A stretch of 63,738 nt of DNA, filler included, from Octopus bimaculoides (GCF_001194135.2; 10 parts of 10 records of this genome joined end to end with filler, not necessarily neighbours in it); one strand, 5' to 3'. Positions 38,686 through 52,159 are shown, counted from the whole stretch's first letter. The notes: generated from the sequence alone by a model not told the origin. Numbers and translations: made by a program.

Positions 38686-39553
38686 TTTTTAAATTTTTTT
38701 TTTTTTTTTNNNNNNNNNNGAGAGAGAGAGAGAGAAAGAACACACAACATCCCGTAAGCCAAAACGTATTTTTCTGAAAATTAAACATGATCGTGTCTAG
38801 CAAGCAATGCCACGGCTTATTTAGGACAGACATTGGGCTAAATGACACCATAGATTATGGGAGGAGGGACGGGGTGACGAAATATTTCGAGATGTAGACC
38901 CATTGAATCAATGATTAATAACAAAGTTTTATAAACCTACAATACAGGGTGTTCGGGCTAAATTTGACAGTTTACATAAAAGGAAAACAATTAGACACTC
39001 ATCGTAGAAACCGACGGAAATCCTTTTTTTATTTTTCTTTTGCTATCTGTTTTCACTACTCATAAATAGTAACAGACGTGTCTAACGATGATGCTAACAG
39101 CATTGTGAATAATGATAATGATAATGATGAGGAATATAAAGATGCGGAATGAGTTGAAGGGGAACGGGTTGATGTGGTGGTAGATATGACTTGTGTTGAT
39201 GGCGGCAGTGACGGAAGTGGTGGTGGCGGTGGCGTTGGTGATGGTGAAGGTGTTGGGGGTGGGAGGATAGTATCTTTATTTCCTGTCGGAAAACACTAAT
39301 AAAAAATAGAATGAGTGGTAGAAATAAATAAATTAAAGAAGCACCGATAGGGATATGGCGTGGTGGGGGGGTGACGCTTATTAAACATACGAAGTACCAT
39401 GAATATGAAAATTGTGAAAAATAAATTAAATGTAAAATGACGACGGTGACGTGAAGGCGACGTCGACGATCATGGCGGCGGGTGAGTGAAGGGGGAGGGT
39501 AGTGGATTTTGGGACGACGTCGAGGAAGATGACAAAGATAGTTCAAAACTTAC

Positions 39554-39634
39554 GTTAATTTTGGTGTGTGTATATTTTTGTTTTGTTTTTGGCTGTTTTG
39601 CAGAAGAAAAATCAAAGTTAATGATTTCTTCAAA
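39554..39634 (-). CDS. Candidate 81-nt internal exon
   Basis: Acceptor cgtatttttcaccag| and donor AAC|GTAAGT. Open in phase 0 (FEEIINFDFSSAKQPKTKQKYTHTKIN) and in phase 2 (LKKSLTLIFLLQNSQKQNKNIHTPKL). Confidence 0.45.
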
Positions 39635-40551
39635 CTGGTGAAAAATACGAAGTTTAATATCAATGGTTTATGAATACGTGAATAGAAAACTTTGTTTTGT
39701 CATGTTTTTTTTTCGTTCTTTCTTTCCATTTGAATAATGGGTGCGGTTAGAATACGTGTGGTGTTGGGGGGCAGGGGGGATAGAATGAAGAACATTCCGT
39801 TCTGGCAGAGAGCCTTTGATCATCCAACTTACGATACCGATTCTTGTTAGGTGCTAAGAACACAACACTAAATAAGAATTCTTTGATTTCCAGGAAATTT
39901 CATTTCATTGATTATACTAATAGAATGGTAAAATAGTCATAAAAAACGAGGTCAGGTTTGCCAAGTTTTATTAGTTGAGCAACAAAAAAATAAATAAATA
40001 AATAAAGGAAAAATAGTAAAAAAAAAAAACATAGCAATAGTCAAATGCAATTCTACTCGATTACCTTACCATTATCCTCAAAATTCCGATGACTTCTTTC
40101 CTTCGATGCAATAATACTAGACTTGGGAAACAATCTTCAAAGAATTTTGTGTTTTGATATTCTTTCAGTGTGATTTATTGCTAGTTAATTAACTGGTTTC
40201 TACCAGTGATACACATGTTTGTTTGTCTGTGTGATATGTATGCATATACGTATGTATATATGTATTTGTATGTACGGTTGTAAATAGATGTATGTACGTA
40301 TACGTATACATGTATGTAGGAATAAATGTATATACGTATACAAGCATATACGTATACATGTATGAAAGTATATGTGTACGACTATAAGTATATAGGAATT
40401 TATGTATGCATGCATTTATACATGCCGGTATGTATGTATGTATGTATGTACGTATGTATGTATGTGTATATTTATATATACATATATGTATGAAGGGATG
40501 TATATATGTCTGTATATGTAAGTACGACTGTAAGTATGTGCGTACGTATGC

Positions 40552-40604
<53 letters not shown>

Positions 40605-41492
40605 TGCGTGTGCGTGTGTGTGTATGTATGTGCGTATATATGCATGTATGCGTTATTGCATGCTTGTATCTATGTATTTATATATACACTAATGAATATA
40701 TAAATATATGTAAGAATGGATGAATATATGTATGCATATATGTACATACGTGTATTTATGTATGTGTGCATTTCAATGCAAATGAATATATGAAAATAAG
40801 TCTACATGTATCAATGAGTATAAGAATATATGTACGGAAGCAGGTTTTTGCTTTTATTCATATATGAATATATTTATGCATGAATGCATGTATGAACGCG
40901 TAGATGAATGTATGAATGCATATATATGTATGTATTGATCAGCTTTGTATTGATGTAGTGAATTACGTAGGCAAAAATTTTTAATGAATTCTCTTAGTTG
41001 GAGAAAGACAACAAAAGCCTAGTGATATTCGTTAGCGACTCACAAACAAAAATAGAAGAAAAAAATTTTCAACAAATAAAGAATTACTTGTTGATAAAAA
41101 AAATATAACGAATATATGTATTGAATAAAATATTAAAATGTTCATAAAGGAGAATAAGATCTTTGTTAGAGGCGAGAATGTCAGTAATGAATATACTTTT
41201 GCTTTCTTAGACTTCGCCAACAAAGCACACGCAACACGTAAAACGTTTCGGCTTGAACAATAAACTTGAGAGTTTTACATACATAAAAAGCGTTACGGGT
41301 AATTTTTAAAAAGAGCAATNNNNNNNNNNNNNNNNNNNNNNNNNNNNNNNNNNNNNNNNNNNNTTAATTAATTAANNNNNNNNNNNNNNNNNNNNNNNNN
41401 NNNNNNNNNNNNNNNNNNNGGTGTTCCAGCATGAACACAGCCACTTGGCTGAAACCCATATATAAATAAATAAATAAATAAAAAATACACAC

Positions 41493-41590
<98 letters not shown>

Positions 41591-42450
41591 GAGTCTATGC
41601 AAATTACTCGATTCTGTTTTACTAAGTATAAGTAAGTTTTTTTTAATATTTGAATATATATTTTTCACCCTTTTAAACTGAATTTGTAACACGCTTTATA
41701 AAACACGAACAACTATGTATATAAATGTTAACGTTGATAGATACTCTCTGTCAATTAATGTCAGCTATAATTTTTTTACAATTTATGAACACTGCCTTCA
41801 TTTGATATGAAGAAATATTTTTATATAACATGAAGTGCTATGTAATTAACTACTTCAGCCAGTTTTACAAAACGCACGATATGTAGTATGTTGCTTGGAA
41901 TCACAAGGTGCATATTCATTTCAGTAAAATTACCCCACCATATAGATTTATATATCAATAATCTGCAAAAAAATTAAGGTAAGAATTAGTAGTTGCTAAT
42001 ATGCGGCAAAATAGCTGCATTTCTTGTTTTCTTTGCCCATTTCATTTCACTTGAATATATGCAGCTCTACAAACCGGCGAATCCGATGTGGTTCAGTGTC
42101 ACTGTATATGTTGCTTCTGATTATGCCCCTGTACGATTTTTCAGGTACTTAAGATGACCTCTCAGCTAATAATTGATTTCAGCATGCGGTATACTTTCCA
42201 GAGCTGAATCACTCCAAACTGAAGTTAGAATAGAATTGATAACAAATTGATAAGTTCCTAATGTCGAACTTTGACCAATGCGTTTAAATGAGGCAGCAAT
42301 GTTGAGTTTTGGAATTCAGCCTCTGATATATGACTGCAAATATGCGAATATGCAATGTTGGCACTCTGCGATGTTGCTAGCAATTTCAATAAGGGTTTGT
42401 TCACAATCGGTAACCAGATAGATTTTTTGTACTTTTTACATTTTACTTAC

Positions 42451-42527
42451 CCAGAAAAATATCCCAATATTGTACTCTGGTCGTCTTGAAAATCTCTAGT
42501 TGGTTTGTTTCTCCTCCAACTGTTGCT
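42451..42527 (-). CDS. Candidate 77-nt internal exon
   Basis: Acceptor gcttgctgtag| and donor TGG|GTAAGT. Phase 0 reads SNSWRRNKPTRDFQDDQSTILGYFS(G). Confidence 0.4.
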
Positions 42528-43351
42528 CTACAGCAAGCAGCGCACCCCTTCTTAAGTTTAATATTTCACATGGTTTCACAGGTTGTAGTCTAATATTTCA
42601 CATGGTTTCATGGTTTCTAATATTTCACAGGAGTCTCACTGGAAGCGTATTCATTTTACATGTCACTCAGTATATGTTTTTCTACAACACCTGAATCAAT
42701 GCTATTTGAGTCATCATTTGAAAGTTACAATAAAAGAAATTGCAGCATGTACATAAAGTGATACGTTAGACATAGATTGCTTGTGAGTAATCCCCGCTAG
42801 GACGCAACATTTTCAGACAATATTGTGTTGCAAAGTCAGTCAAATGCGTCATTTAGTTCGCTTCATCTTTGTATATTTCTTGGAAAATATTTATCTCAGC
42901 AAAGAAATTGGATAGATATATGAACTCAACAATACGGCGTCATTGAATCAGTGAACACGGTCAATAATATAAAAGGCCAAGAACTAGAGAAATATTAATT
43001 ATATCAAGGTAACTAACATACATTGGAGTTTATAGATAATCAGGAATTTTGTGTCTCAACATACAATGACAATAGAATAAAAGGTATATGATCAGAAGAA
43101 CGCGCGTTGAGTCACTGTAGATTACAGAACACTTTTTGTTGCTACATTTGAAGGGCTTTAACAAATGACCTTACTTAATATTTCTGGTGTCACTGAACGA
43201 ATCAATAATTATATTACGTGCCAAAACTTGCCACCTTAAATGCAAGTTCTCGTTGAGCTTTGTCGTAAATTTTTTTCGCCATATTGATGGCAAATCTTGA
43301 ACAAGAAATATTCTTATTAGATGCTAAACATAATCGATACACAATACTTAC

Positions 43352-43375
43352 CAACAAAACAGGTCTAAGGACGTT
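43352..43375 (-). CDS. Candidate 24-nt micro-exon
   Basis: Acceptor ttcctcatgtttatag| and donor TTG|GTAAGT. Reads NVLRPVLL. Confidence 0.3.
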
Positions 43376-43462
43376 CTATAAACATGAGGAATAACCGTAG
43401 TTTTCATATCACACAATTCCAGTGGTATTAAAATCCTATTCGCATTTGATCTAATTTAAAAC

Positions 43463-43533
43463 CTTAGAGCCATCTACAAACACAAGTCTCCCCATTTTGT
43501 ATAACGGGTGCCTATCCTGCCTGAAAAATATTT
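43463..43533 (-). CDS. Candidate 71-nt exon
   Basis: Acceptor ccaacttctaag| and a weak donor AAG|GTTTTA. Phase 1 reads IFFRQDRHPLYKMGRLVFVDGSK. Confidence 0.3.
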
Positions 43534-43557
43534 CTTAGAAGTTGGACGATACCATTC

Positions 43558-43629
<72 letters not shown>

Positions 43630-44299
43630 GGATGGATAGATAGATGGATGGATCGATCGATCGATATGAAATGCAAATGTCAACTCTTTCAGAATTGACC
43701 GCAGAGAAAATGAACACATGAATTGCAGCACAACATTCCATCAGAGGAATTACTACTTGTACCAAATTTCTGATCTCTTTAAGCCGAATATTTCAGGGAA
43801 TATCGGGGGAGATACGTGATATACACACACAGAAACATTTCCTTTTACGAAGAAGAGAGTCCAATGAGAGTACAGCAGCTATTGTAGAGAAGTTTCATTT
43901 TCGAGTAAATATAATTTGTATGAGACATGGTCTAGTTATTTATTCTGATTCCAACTTTAGTACATTAAAATATGTTATTGCTGATTTTAGTTTCTTAAAA
44001 ATGTAAAGCTTTCTTTCACAATCGTCTGATGCATAGTTGCATTCAGAAATATTGTTTGATTTATATTTGCACTATAGAAAACGCCTCACCCATTTCGATC
44101 GAAGATGATTTACAATTCGTTACTTTGTTATAATGTGATTAACGACTAAATTTCCGTTCAAAATAGTGTTATAAAAGAGAAAATTATGTGTTCCATCAAA
44201 TGAGCAAAGTGTGTAGAACGTACTGCATTAACTAATCACTATATGAGTTTGATTGTTTCACCTGAAATGAAAAATCTTCAGATCAAAATGTACGTGAAC

Positions 44300-46150
44300 G
44301 TCTCGGTTTTCATAATAAAATATAGACATGACGCATATATAACTCCATTTTATCTTTTGAAATTTAAAGTAAATATCGATTGTCCTCATTGACCAATCGC
44401 CCTACGTAATTACAAGCTTCTGCAGGAAGGCATCATTTGTTCATTATTCTTTAAATCTTAGGATTTTTTATTGTCCTATATATTATAATCATTTGTTGTG
44501 CATGAATAAAAAAGTTGCTATCTCTCCCCCAAACCTAAGTTCAAATATATTTTTTTCCAGGCATATGTATGTATATGCGGAAGATTTTCATATTAAATGA
44601 TTCTTCTAGCTGTCACAGTAATCTGACTGCGAGAAGATATTGGTTGCTCTTCGTTTCTTTGTTTTGTGTAGTGATTCTGGAATAGTCTTATATCAGTACT
44701 TGAAAAACCTTGCTTGGTTAGTACCTACCTGACATCTGCAAATGTATTTGATGAATGAATTGCTTTTCTTTTTTTGCTTAGGCCAGATCAACTGTTTGAT
44801 GTTATCATTACTTAATTTGTAATGTCTGTTTTTGTTTATGTATGATATGCTAACTGCATTAGTTGCATTTAATTGTTTACAGTCTTGCCATGGTACTCCA
44901 TAACGCTTATTGTTTTATTCGAAGAAGATGCCTGATGGTTTATACTTTCATAAAGTCACTATCTAAATTTTAAGGACACTTTTTGCTTGTCTATCAAGTA
45001 TGTTCCTACTCCATTTGTCGCATTTGGTTGTAAACTAACTGTGGTCGACACAAAATAAAAAAAGAGAGAGAAAAATTGCTTAGCTTACACTCCTCCCTAG
45101 GATAATTAGCATATCTGCTTCAGAGTGTTTTCGGTGTCAAACATTGTTTAGTAAGCATTGTTTTTAATCTGTCGGTTTGTTGTGTGTGTGGAGGTAAGTA
45201 GATAGGGTTTTTAAATTATTAATTTTGTCAGGACTCTGGATCTTTAGAATGAGACAGTCATCCGCGTAACGTTTCTTATTTTTGTAATAGGGGTTTATGG
45301 AAGTTGATGCCATACTTTAGTTTATATTTTTATACATTTGAGTTTGTAGGCAGCCACGATCAGATTCGCTACAGTACTGCCAGTCTTCGTTCCCATGGCA
45401 GTCTATGTCGTTGTTTGTATATGTAGATATTGATTTCGAAAAGAAAATATGGAGGAATAAGTTTATTCCCTTTTTTTATAATTTTTTGCCCATTTCGTTT
45501 AAAATTTCATTAATACATCAAATTGTACAACCTAAGTGTTGTAGAAAAGCATCCCGGAAGGTATGAAGTTTGGTATATATTTCGAACTGTTTTTCTTTAG
45601 TGTGGCGGGAAAGTAGCTGACTATGTGTTTCACAAAATGGGTCAGTAACAGTTGGTCTTAATTTAGAATGGTTTAGCTGCGGCAAGCTGATGTATGTTTA
45701 TGTATATTTTGTAAAGAAAAAAAGAAGGGAAATGATAAGATAAATTGGCTCACTAATAAACAATATCAATCATTACATAAATTAATCATGGCTTCTATAT
45801 ACCACAATAATTACAATATATTATCACAACACTTGTATTGCTGAAAAGGAAAAATAGGTAATATCACATTTCAGAAAGCAAGATATTCTTAATTGCAAAC
45901 TGATAAATAACATGTGACATAAAAACACTGGAGATTGTAGTGTAAGCATGAAAATGCCAACTCCAATGTAGTAACAATTTGCAAGAACCAAAACCTGTAA
46001 GGTAGAGAGAAAGAAAAGAAAGAAACCATCACTTTAACCGATATACGAAAACGAATGGAGGTTTGGGGATACAGGTTAAACCAATAGAAAAAATTGCAAA
46101 TAACACAATTACTACATCGAGTTATGCAAGTCCATCAGAAAGTCAATAGC
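44300..46150 (-). mobile_element. Highly decayed Penelope-like element (RT plus GIY-YIG region)
   Basis: FVKHIVSYF (about 45630), TAMGTKTGSTVANL (45402-45361) and KRYADDCLIL (45274-45245) match the PLE RT motifs GTAMGT..A..ANL and RYxDD. A DYCDS*KNHLI segment near 44610 resembles the CxSxNLIY lead-in to GIY-YIG. Confidence 0.7.
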
Positions 46151-46329
46151 AACCCGAACAGAATCAAACTAACTAAATCAAACGTAAGAGAGAAGTAGTT
46201 AGCAAGATGCAGATAACTGAAAATGATCCTCAAGAGCAATTTTAGCGGGCTGTATTGTGAAACTCTCAGAATCAGCTACATTGTAGACATACTACTATAT
46301 GTAGTGTTGTTTCCAGTGAATCGGGACAA

Positions 46330-47240
46330 CACAACAATAGCGTTAATAAGATGCCACATGTCAATGATTCTCCTGGTGTTGATATCCGCTATTGCCTGGA
46401 CGGCGGACTCATCAACCTTGCGCACCTGAGATCCAAAACTCGAACATCAAGTAGTAGCAGCAAGATGTTCCAATATGCAGACGACAATGCCACCCTACCG
46501 CCTCCGTTGCCGACTGCCAACGCTAATTGACTATTGTCATTGTAGCCTACAATCGTTTTGAAATGGATGTGAATGCGAACAAATCAAAGATACTTAGGCA
46601 GTCTGTTTCTGGATACGAAATACTAGAAGTAACAATCAACATAGAGGACACACCGCTAGAAGTTCTCAATGACTTTCAATACCTCGGCACTACTCTTTCA
46701 TAATCCATAACATGTAAAAGAGACGGTGACCACAGCATCATATTTGCTCATTGGGCCTTCGGAAGACCCAGCAAGCACGAATTCAATAACCACGCGCTCT
46801 CCATCCGAACACAATTATATGGTGTTCCGCGCCGTTATCTTATCCATCTCGATTTCCGCTTGCAGGACATGACCCCTGTATCGAAAAGACCCGATAAAGC
46901 TTCAGCATTTCCAGCAAGCAAAGTTTCGGCAGATCCTCAACATCAAATGGCAAGACGGATACACCAAAAACGAAGTCCTCAATGGCTCAGAAATGCCAAG
47001 CACTGAAGCTGTCACCCTAAAGTACCGCCTGAGATAGTCAGGATATGTCATCTGAATGGCCCCTTCACGACTACTCCGGACCATTTTCCATTTTCTAAAG
47101 TGAGCTCATCATTAGCAAACCATATCGAGAAACCACAAAACGCAGATTCAAAGACTAATCAAAGTCTTTCCACCTTCAAGCCGGCATCAACCCAAACACC
47201 TGAGAAATAGAAGCTGCTGATCGTCCATTCTGTCGAAGAA
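46330..47240 (+). mobile_element. Decayed RTE (BovB-like) LINE RT and C-terminus
   Basis: GVDIRYCLDGGLINLAHLRSKT, QYADDNA, LEVLNDFQYLG, QILNIKWQD..TKNEVL and LKYRLR*SG. Confidence 0.85.
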
Positions 47241-47489
47241 CAATTCATTTCAGCTGGCACGAGACCAGCAAGTTCTGGGCGATGGTGATGGTGTTGATGG
47301 ATTACACTATATACTGAATGATTTTAGGAAATGCATCGTGGAGTATGCTGCAACTTGCAGGTAAGAGGGAAAAGGCGCAGTTATGTACATCCGCATTTTC
47401 CCTCGACTAGGTTAGTGATTTAGAGACAATTCTGCGTATTGCAATATTACTGTGTCGTATATTTCTAATAATGTGAAATATAAAGAGTA

Positions 47490-47750
47490 AAGATCCCCTT
47501 CAGTCATGAATGACCATGGGATGGCTTTTGCAAAGTTCCCCTCAAAAGTACATGTCCGGGTGAGTTTGTCTATGGAAGGCCAGCACTTGCCCATGCATAA
47601 CAGCTTCCCCTCTCCACGCCACCGATGTTACTCAAGAGAAAGTTAAAGGCCGAAACAACTTGGCAGCAGTAGTGACATCACAGCTCATTAATACATTTGA
47701 GTGAAGAGGAGTAACGTGACATAAGTGTCTTGCTCAAGAACACAACACTC
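47490..47750 (-). mobile_element. CORE-like SINE with tail Z (3' part)
   Basis: Reverse complement carries GTGTTCTTGAGCAAGACACTT and CTTCCATAGACAAACTCACCCGGACATGTAC...CCATGGTCATTCATGACTGAAGG. Confidence 0.75.
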
Positions 47751-47949
47751 TCAGTGTGAAATATAGTGGTAATAAAAGAGTTATGATTCTTTAAAATACA
47801 TACTGAATTTTAAGTTGGACGAAGTTTATAAAATAGCGCGATTACAAGTTTGTAACATTTATTTAATTGACACCTTTGATGTATGCTCTGCCTAATGAGA
47901 CAACACATAATTACAGGAAATACAGAACTTGATTAAAGAGATGTGTTAC

Positions 47950-48069
47950 TTGTGTAAAAAGTATAATGTGCAGTGCAAGTAAATTTTATATTAAAACGAA
48001 TGTAGACAGTATTGTAGTACTCTATTTTGTCTGTGAAGTAAGCATCGAATGAGCAATCGCATGCAATTT
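47950..48069 (-). CDS. Candidate 120-nt symmetric phase-1 exon, second exon of the secreted-protein model
   Basis: Long pyrimidine tract and tctttcaag|, then (E)IACDCSFDAYFTDKIEYYNTVYIRFNIKFTCTAHYTFYT, then a moderate donor CAA|GTAACA. Confidence 0.5.
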
Positions 48070-48310
48070 CTTGAAAGATTTATCAAAAATAAATGAATAC
48101 AAAGAAACAAGGAAAAATGCATTGAATGTATAATATTTGTAATAAAATAACCAATTTAAACACACAAGCATAAGAACGCTGAAACCACTGAAGCTATAAC
48201 GGTGTTACCTTTTTACATATTCATATCCTTGCACGCACGCACACACGCAGATACACACACACACACACTTTCTCTCTGTCTCTCTCTCTCTCTGTCTCTC
48301 TCTCTGTGTC

Positions 48311-48343
<33 letters not shown>

Positions 48344-48424
48344 GTCTCTCTGTCTCTCTCTCTGTCTCTGTCTCTCTTTCTCTCTCGCTCATACACATAT
48401 TGTAGTCTGTATTTTTCATATTGT

Positions 48425-48640
48425 TCCAGTTTACTCAGTTGTAGCAATGAGATACGACGTCAGTGGTTCCAATCTTTGTCAATCCTTGTCTTTCTCTTGG
48501 ACAACATCGGTGGCGAGCATATGGGAGACTGCTATGCACGGGCGACTGCTGGTGTTCTAGAAACAACATTGCCTTGACTTTTACTTCTGAGTGGAACTTT
48601 CTCGGTACAATCCCATGGTCATTCGTGATCAAAGGTGGTC
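48425..48640 (+). mobile_element. CORE-like SINE tail Z
   Basis: CAGTTTACTCAGTTGTAGCAATGAG..CGACGTCA...TTGGACAACATCGGTGGC...GGCGACTGCTGGT...CCCATGGTCATTCGTGA. Confidence 0.75.
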
Positions 48641-49328
48641 ATTGCACTTTACCCTATATATATTATCCAGTATAATTATATACGGTGAGTATTTAGGCAT
48701 AACTTTTCCATACGAGTACCTTAAGAGATCTCAGGTAAATTCAACGTCAAGGCTAACCACATAAAGTAGTAAGAAGCACCAAGGATTGCTGAGAGAGAGC
48801 AATCCCACTATAATTCTTCAGATGAGTAAATCCCAGTTCTACATCACTGCATTATGAATATCTTCGGGAGAGTAAACCCAAAACAGTTACAAAGAATACG
48901 GCGACTGATACATCTTCATTTTTTCTTTTCATCTTAACAATTAATTATAGAGCATAATTAGTTAAAATGACCGACAAAAAATTTTGCTCAATAGAGAATG
49001 TGCAGTTGTATATGCAACTCGCAAAGTAAAAGTCACCTATGCACTCCTGCAGATTTAAGGGTGCGGAAAATACAGCCACCCTGTACCACATCATTTGGGG
49101 TCGATACATTCGACTCATTTCTTCAAAGTGGTGCACCAGTATGGCCGAAGGTGCAATCCCATGGCCATTCGTGATTATATATCCTATATAATTATATACG
49201 GTGAGTATATGGGCATAAATTTTCCAGGCGGGTACCGTAAGAGCTCTCAAGTTAAATTCCAGGTTCAGGCTAACCACATTCAAAGTCTTTCCTAAAGCGT
49301 GGTTTGGAGTAAAATATACACCCGAAAC

Positions 49329-49385
<57 letters not shown>

Positions 49386-49386
<1 letters not shown>

Positions 49387-49476
49387 TAGCAGAAACACCC
49401 GGCGTTGCCCGGGTTAAAAAGAATAATGAAATCTAAAAACGCCGTCTAGACTACGCATCATCTTTATATATAGAGA
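49386..49476 (-). mobile_element. 91-bp non-autonomous Helitron-like element
   Basis: Minus strand reads a|TCTCTATATATAAAGATG...CCCGGGCAACGCCGGG-TGTTTCTG-CTAG|t: 5'-TC, a subterminal hairpin, 3'-CTAG and an A/T insertion site. Confidence 0.75.
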
Positions 49477-51960
49477 TGTATATACACACACGCACCCACA
49501 CACACGTATATATATGTATATCAATATAAATATATGAAAGTCAATGAAGTTTCGTAAAAGAAGGTGATCATGTACATACTTTCTTGCTGTTGTGATTATA
49601 ACACCTCATTGTAAACTATGTTCCTTGTTTTCCCTTGTGGAGCATATACAAATAGGTTTTTTNNNNNNNNNNNNNNNNNNNNNNNNNNNNNNNNNNNNNN
49701 NNNNNNTTAATTAATTAANNNNNNNNNNNNNNNNNNNNNNNNNNNNNNNNNNNNNNNNNNNNGATTGACTACAAAGTTCACCAAAATTGGGCCACCACAT
49801 GCAGAAAGCATGGAGTGGTTTATGTTTTTCACAGCTGGAGAGAGACTGTACGTGGCTGTCCGGATTGCTAGAAATAGCTGCTAAATCTCTATTAAATCCT
49901 ATTCCATACAGTTTTTTTTTTTTTTTAAATATAAAAAAAAGGAAAAAATCTAAAGACATGGAATAACGGGCACTTTTCGTTTCCGAGTCGCCAAGTGTTT
50001 ATACCTGGTCAAAAGTGAAGGTGTTTCATTGGTATAAAAAAAAAGGAAAAGTGTTTATTTATTACCAATGATAAAAGGAACTGCTATTTAAAAATATATA
50101 TATATATGCATCTCCGAGATTCGTGGATCCTCTGAGCTTCATATCCTCACCAAAGTTTAATCAAAGGCGATGATGAAATTTGTATCTCCTTTATTTGCTA
50201 TCATTCACACTCTGTACCACTCGATACAGTTAGCTAGTTGATAACTATGTTTTGTTCACAATTATTAATGTAATCACAGAATATTTGAGAACGTTACCCA
50301 GGATGCTGGTTCCCTGCAGAACACAATTTTACTTTCATTATTGAAAATATTCGTTGCTTAAGACTTTCCTAAAAGCGAAAATTTGCCTTGTATTTTCAAT
50401 AATTCTGAGTTCATACAGAAGCAAACCAATTTATTCGTCTCAAATAGCGATGGAAATATGTTTTAAAATCTAAGACAGTTATCGTTTAAAACTAAAATAT
50501 GAAACTAATCGAGGCCTGTCCTGTATCAACAATAAAACAACCATATGGCCGCCTTCTCAGTTATTCCAATCCAACATGTAACTGAAATTAAATAGGTTTT
50601 CCCGTAACAAATAGTGATATATCCATGCTATATCACTTTAATTGTAATATAACGGGACTATGGCCATCGTGTTGTCAAAGAAAAGACTGATTGTGTCTGA
50701 AACAAGATGAAACAATCATGTGACACGTTCGATACATATTAACTAAAAACCACCAGAACCAGTTTGCAGGTGTTTTCAGAACATGAAATAATTGTGTCAA
50801 GTTCCAAGAAAATGTTGGAATAAAAAAAGGAATTAAATATTCAGCTGAGAAACACATGCATATTCTAAAAAGAAGGAGTGTAACAGAAATAACTTTCTAA
50901 TGGGAACGAGAGAGGGGGGTGGGGACAAAAGGAACACTCTGCTTACGTGTAAGTAAATGGACTTAGCAAAGTCACCAAACAAAACTTCTAGGGCATGTGT
51001 CTTCTCCCACCACACAAACAGTGAAATATTTCTAAATATGAGTATTTATAATTAAGCTTGATTCACTTACATTTAAAATTAAAAGAAATGTACTGTAAGA
51101 AGCGTCGAATATAACTTTGTCCTAAGCTTTTTCTTTTATATTTATTTAATAAATGACCGAAAATGTGGTTAACAAAACTACAAAATTATCGTCTTTCTCA
51201 CATAAGAACCAGAACCGAATCAACATATTTATTGCACACCAAATGTGATGTGGTAATCTAATAGAAAAGTTCGTGGGAATTGCCATATCTGGATGGATTG
51301 CTGTGGCATTAAACAAATTCTGTTTCCATCCAGATCCAAAGAAAAGTTTACCAAATGAAGGTGGTGGCAAAACGACAAACAAAACACAGAAGAATATATT
51401 AAAGACTAAATTGTCTTTAATGGAAACGCTTCTCTGTAATCTAATTCATTTAAACAAGTCGACAAGTTAATGCTGTCTGCTAGACATATTGTGAACACTA
51501 TTATGTCGAAACCGGCCGGCATTTGTCCAGTAATTTCGATTAAAATTAAACTATAGAAAGGTATTTCTTATAATATAATTAATAAATAACAGTGAAAATT
51601 AATAATTAAGAAATTGTATGTCGGTAAATATGATAAATTTAGAGATGATCCATGCTTGCCATAATGAAAGGCGGTAACCACTTCCAAAGTTGACATCGAG
51701 AAAAAGTGCCGACATCGCAAAATACAGGATATGAATCACTTTGGAAATTAATGGAATAATAAAACAAAATGTAATCATTGTTAGGTTTTAAACATTTTAG
51801 TGAAGGACTCTTTACTTTACACATGCATTAAAAAGAAGGAAAAACGCCTTTTCATATTTGTTTCTGCCACAGTACGGCGTGATAGGAGCGACCCAAACAC
51901 AGAATGCCACGTATGTACAAATACCAAACTAGTGCTTAAAACTCCTATCAAAGAACTTAC

Positions 51961-52036
51961 CTGTATTCAGGAAGTTAATTGTTGATGGTAATACCAATAA
52001 GAGGAAAAGAAAGATATGTCTTAATAGTCTTCCCAT
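51961..52036 (-). CDS. Candidate first coding exon encoding a signal peptide
   Basis: ATG at 52036 gives MGRLLRHIFLFLLLVLPSTINFLNT (basic N-region, hydrophobic core), followed by a consensus donor CAG|GTAAGT at 51960. The other two frames are closed. Confidence 0.6.
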
Positions 52037-52159
52037 GTCCGATGATCTGAGAGAAAGCGTGAATTATTCTTGAGGATGGGACCCGATCACTTATCTACAA
52101 AGGAAGACTTCTTGTTGTCAACACGACAAGCTAACCGGAAAAGGAAAGATTGTGAAAGC

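Noticed and set aside
42065-42146. Plus-strand exon-like segment with a BIR-like GESDVVQCHC reading
   Set aside because: That frame stops within a few codons and no neighbouring plus-strand exons support it.
45124-45193. Plus-strand exon-like segment ending GAG|GTAAGT
   Set aside because: It lies within the decayed Penelope-like element on the opposite strand.
48945-49295. 112-aa minus ORF and 66-aa plus ORF
   Set aside because: The span is a composite of a TACAGGGTG-type transposon end, a SINE tail and a local duplication whose sister copy is frameshifted.
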